From a virus (lineage: Duplodnaviria; Caudoviricetes): DNA of 38,450 nt. The notes beneath the pieces were generated by a model. That model did not search any database and was not told the origin of the DNA. It worked only from the letters and a program-made list of their open reading frames with translations. Both the position numbers and the translations under genes were made by a program. The stretch lies in IMG/VR virus record IMGVR_UViG_3300044806_000029, positions 1 to 38,450 of that record. One strand, given 5' to 3'. Below, piece after piece: positions 37,529 to 38,450 of the stretch. Each line of letters starts with the position of its first letter. Position 1 is the stretch's first letter.

Positions 37529-37648
37529 TTAAATTGTTGCGATAAAGATTAAAGTTAAAAGAATTACAGCAAATGCCACAGCGCCCACAATATCCCAGGC
37601 GGTTAGCTTTTCTTCGGTGTTTACGTTTTTGTAGTCTTTCATAATCAT
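37529..37648 (-). CDS. Small single-TM protein (MIMKDYKNVNTEEKLTAWDIVGAVAFAVILLTLIFIATI)
   Basis: Translated by hand; tightly packed. Confidence 0.55.
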   Translation of the reverse strand: MIMKDYKNVNTEEKLTAWDIVGAVAFAVILLTLIFIATI

Positions 37649-37651
37649 TTT

Positions 37652-37717
37652 TTAAGCCCCCATATATAAAAAGTAAAGCACAGCCAAAACAGATACAACA
37701 ATAAAAAGTAAGCCCAT
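37652..37717 (-). CDS. 21-aa TM micropeptide MGLLFIVVSVLAVLYFLYMGA
   Basis: Translated by hand; fills the gap between neighbours exactly. Confidence 0.45.
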   Translation of the reverse strand: MGLLFIVVSVLAVLYFLYMGA

Positions 37718-37719
37718 AA

Positions 37720-37890
37720 TTATTCCGCCTTAACAGTTAATAAGTTCATGGCCATATACAACCAAAAACACGCACCCAATGTTTGAGTGATTAAAATTGC
37801 ACCGCTATCAACATTTAACGCGCCAAGCAAAAAGTGGCCAATGGCCATTAAAGAATATAAAACCACTTCGAATTGTTTTGAGTTTGACAT
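37720..37890 (-). CDS. 56-aa two-TM protein, first early gene
   Basis: MSNSKQFEVVLYSLMAIGHFLLGALNVDSGAILITQTLGACFWLYMAMNLLTVKAE; directly downstream of a promoter. Confidence 0.55.
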   Translation of the reverse strand: MSNSKQFEVVLYSLMAIGHFLLGALNVDSGAILITQTLGACFWLYMAMNLLTVKAE

Positions 37891-37940
37891 TTTTAAGCCC
37901 TTTTAAGTGATAGTCCACAAAGCGCGAACCGTTAAATAAG

Positions 37941-37969
37941 AGTGTAAAGGATTGTTTTACACTTTGCAA
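37941..37969 (-). promoter_or_regulatory. Early leftward sigma70 promoter overlapped by an operator-like palindrome
   Basis: Minus strand TTGCAA, 17 bp, TACACT; AGTGTAAA-N7-TTTACACT at 37941-37963. Confidence 0.7.
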
Positions 37970-38002
37970 GCACTTTGTGCGAAATAGTTAAAAATAGTTA
38001 TT

Positions 38003-38372
38003 TGTGGACAATGTGGATAAAAGTGTGGACAACGGATTTGGGTGTGATTGTCCACGCGCAACGCATTGGGGCGCAAGGCTTGGATGGGTTTGTGGATAAT
38101 GTGGACAATCTTTTACTGTTACCTTTAAATTATATATCTATATGAGAATGATTATCATGTAGCGATGTAGGCGCAACGGCTAGCGACTAAAAAGGCATTG
38201 TCCACATTGTCCACATGACCCACAAAATCCGCCCCGTGTATTTTGCAAACTGCAGTTTGTGGACAATGTGGACAACCTCAAAACAGATTGTCCACATTGT
38301 CCACAAACTAAAACGCCCTAGCAAAATGCACCAACCAAAACAGAGTTGTCCACATTGTCCACACTGTCCACA
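38003..38372. repeat. Array of TTRTCCACA 9-mers around an AT-rich core; putative replication origin
   Basis: 11 TTGTCCACA, 2 TTATCCACA and variants on both strands, mostly abutting pairs; AT-rich 38109-38160. Confidence 0.85.
38142..38158. promoter_or_regulatory. Fur-box-like palindrome
   Basis: ATGAGAATGATTATCAT; core differs at one position from TGATAATnATTATCA. Confidence 0.55.
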
Positions 38373-38450
38373 CTCTGCTGCCTGCTGTAAGGCTTTTCTT
38401 TACAGCCTGTCAGCTGGCAGCAGGTTTCTGTTTGCATTTTGATGGGGGGG
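38324..38450. repeat. Terminal direct repeat, copy 2
   Basis: Identical to 1-127. Confidence 0.95.

Noticed and set aside
38003-38372. Repeat cluster as a CRISPR array, with the Cas4-like gene as a cas locus
   Set aside because: Repeats are 9 bp, in both orientations and irregularly spaced; the DUF2800-like nuclease sits in a standard replication module with no cas1/cas2.
38215-38442. 75-aa ORF with CPHCPHCPH
   Set aside because: The motif is simply the translation of TTGTCCACA repeats; no RBS.
38324-38450. 127-bp terminal repeat as a biological direct terminal repeat
   Set aside because: Length matches a common assembler k-mer and it ends inside a G homopolymer; best read as circular assembly overlap. 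Physical ends need read mapping.
1-38450. Lysogeny module, tRNA genes or alternative genetic code
   Set aside because: No integrase or repressor motifs recognised, no cloverleaf seen in the short intergenic gaps, and genes are intact under the standard code using all three stops. A tRNAscan/HMM run would confirm.

Overview
The window is almost certainly a complete, circularly assembled ~38.3 kb genome of a tailed dsDNA phage with a P22-like (podovirus) virion module. Bases 1-127 exactly repeat 38324-38450, so the unit length is 38,323 bp. The rightward late operon runs terS, terL, groES, portal, a ferritin/Dps-like protein, scaffold, P22-type coat, gp4/gp10-like tail proteins, three receptor-binding proteins, three ejection proteins, a lysis cassette (M15 endolysin, holin, overlapping spanins) and an HTH-metallophosphoesterase. 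A leftward block holds VRR-NUC, a C5 methyltransferase, an SNF2-like helicase and small ORFs. A rightward replication block holds a DUF2800-like nuclease, an SSB-like protein, PolA and a RepB-type primase/SF3 helicase. A leftward early operon encodes tiny, mostly membrane proteins. I found no integrase, clear repressor, tRNA or CRISPR. A proteobacterial host is inferred from the spanins, sigma70 promoters and GroES, but is not established. The three most notable items are: (1) a non-coding origin-like region with about 17 DnaA-box-like 9-mers in tandem and inverted arrays around an AT-rich core, which itself carries a near-perfect Fur box, in a phage that also encodes a Dps/ferritin-like protein; (2) a 156-codon gene nested in an alternate frame inside the methyltransferase, resembling the M.EcoHK31I beta polypeptide; (3) a likely leaderless terS transcript and divergent promoters that share one -35 element. 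All family assignments come from recognising motifs by eye, not from database searches.
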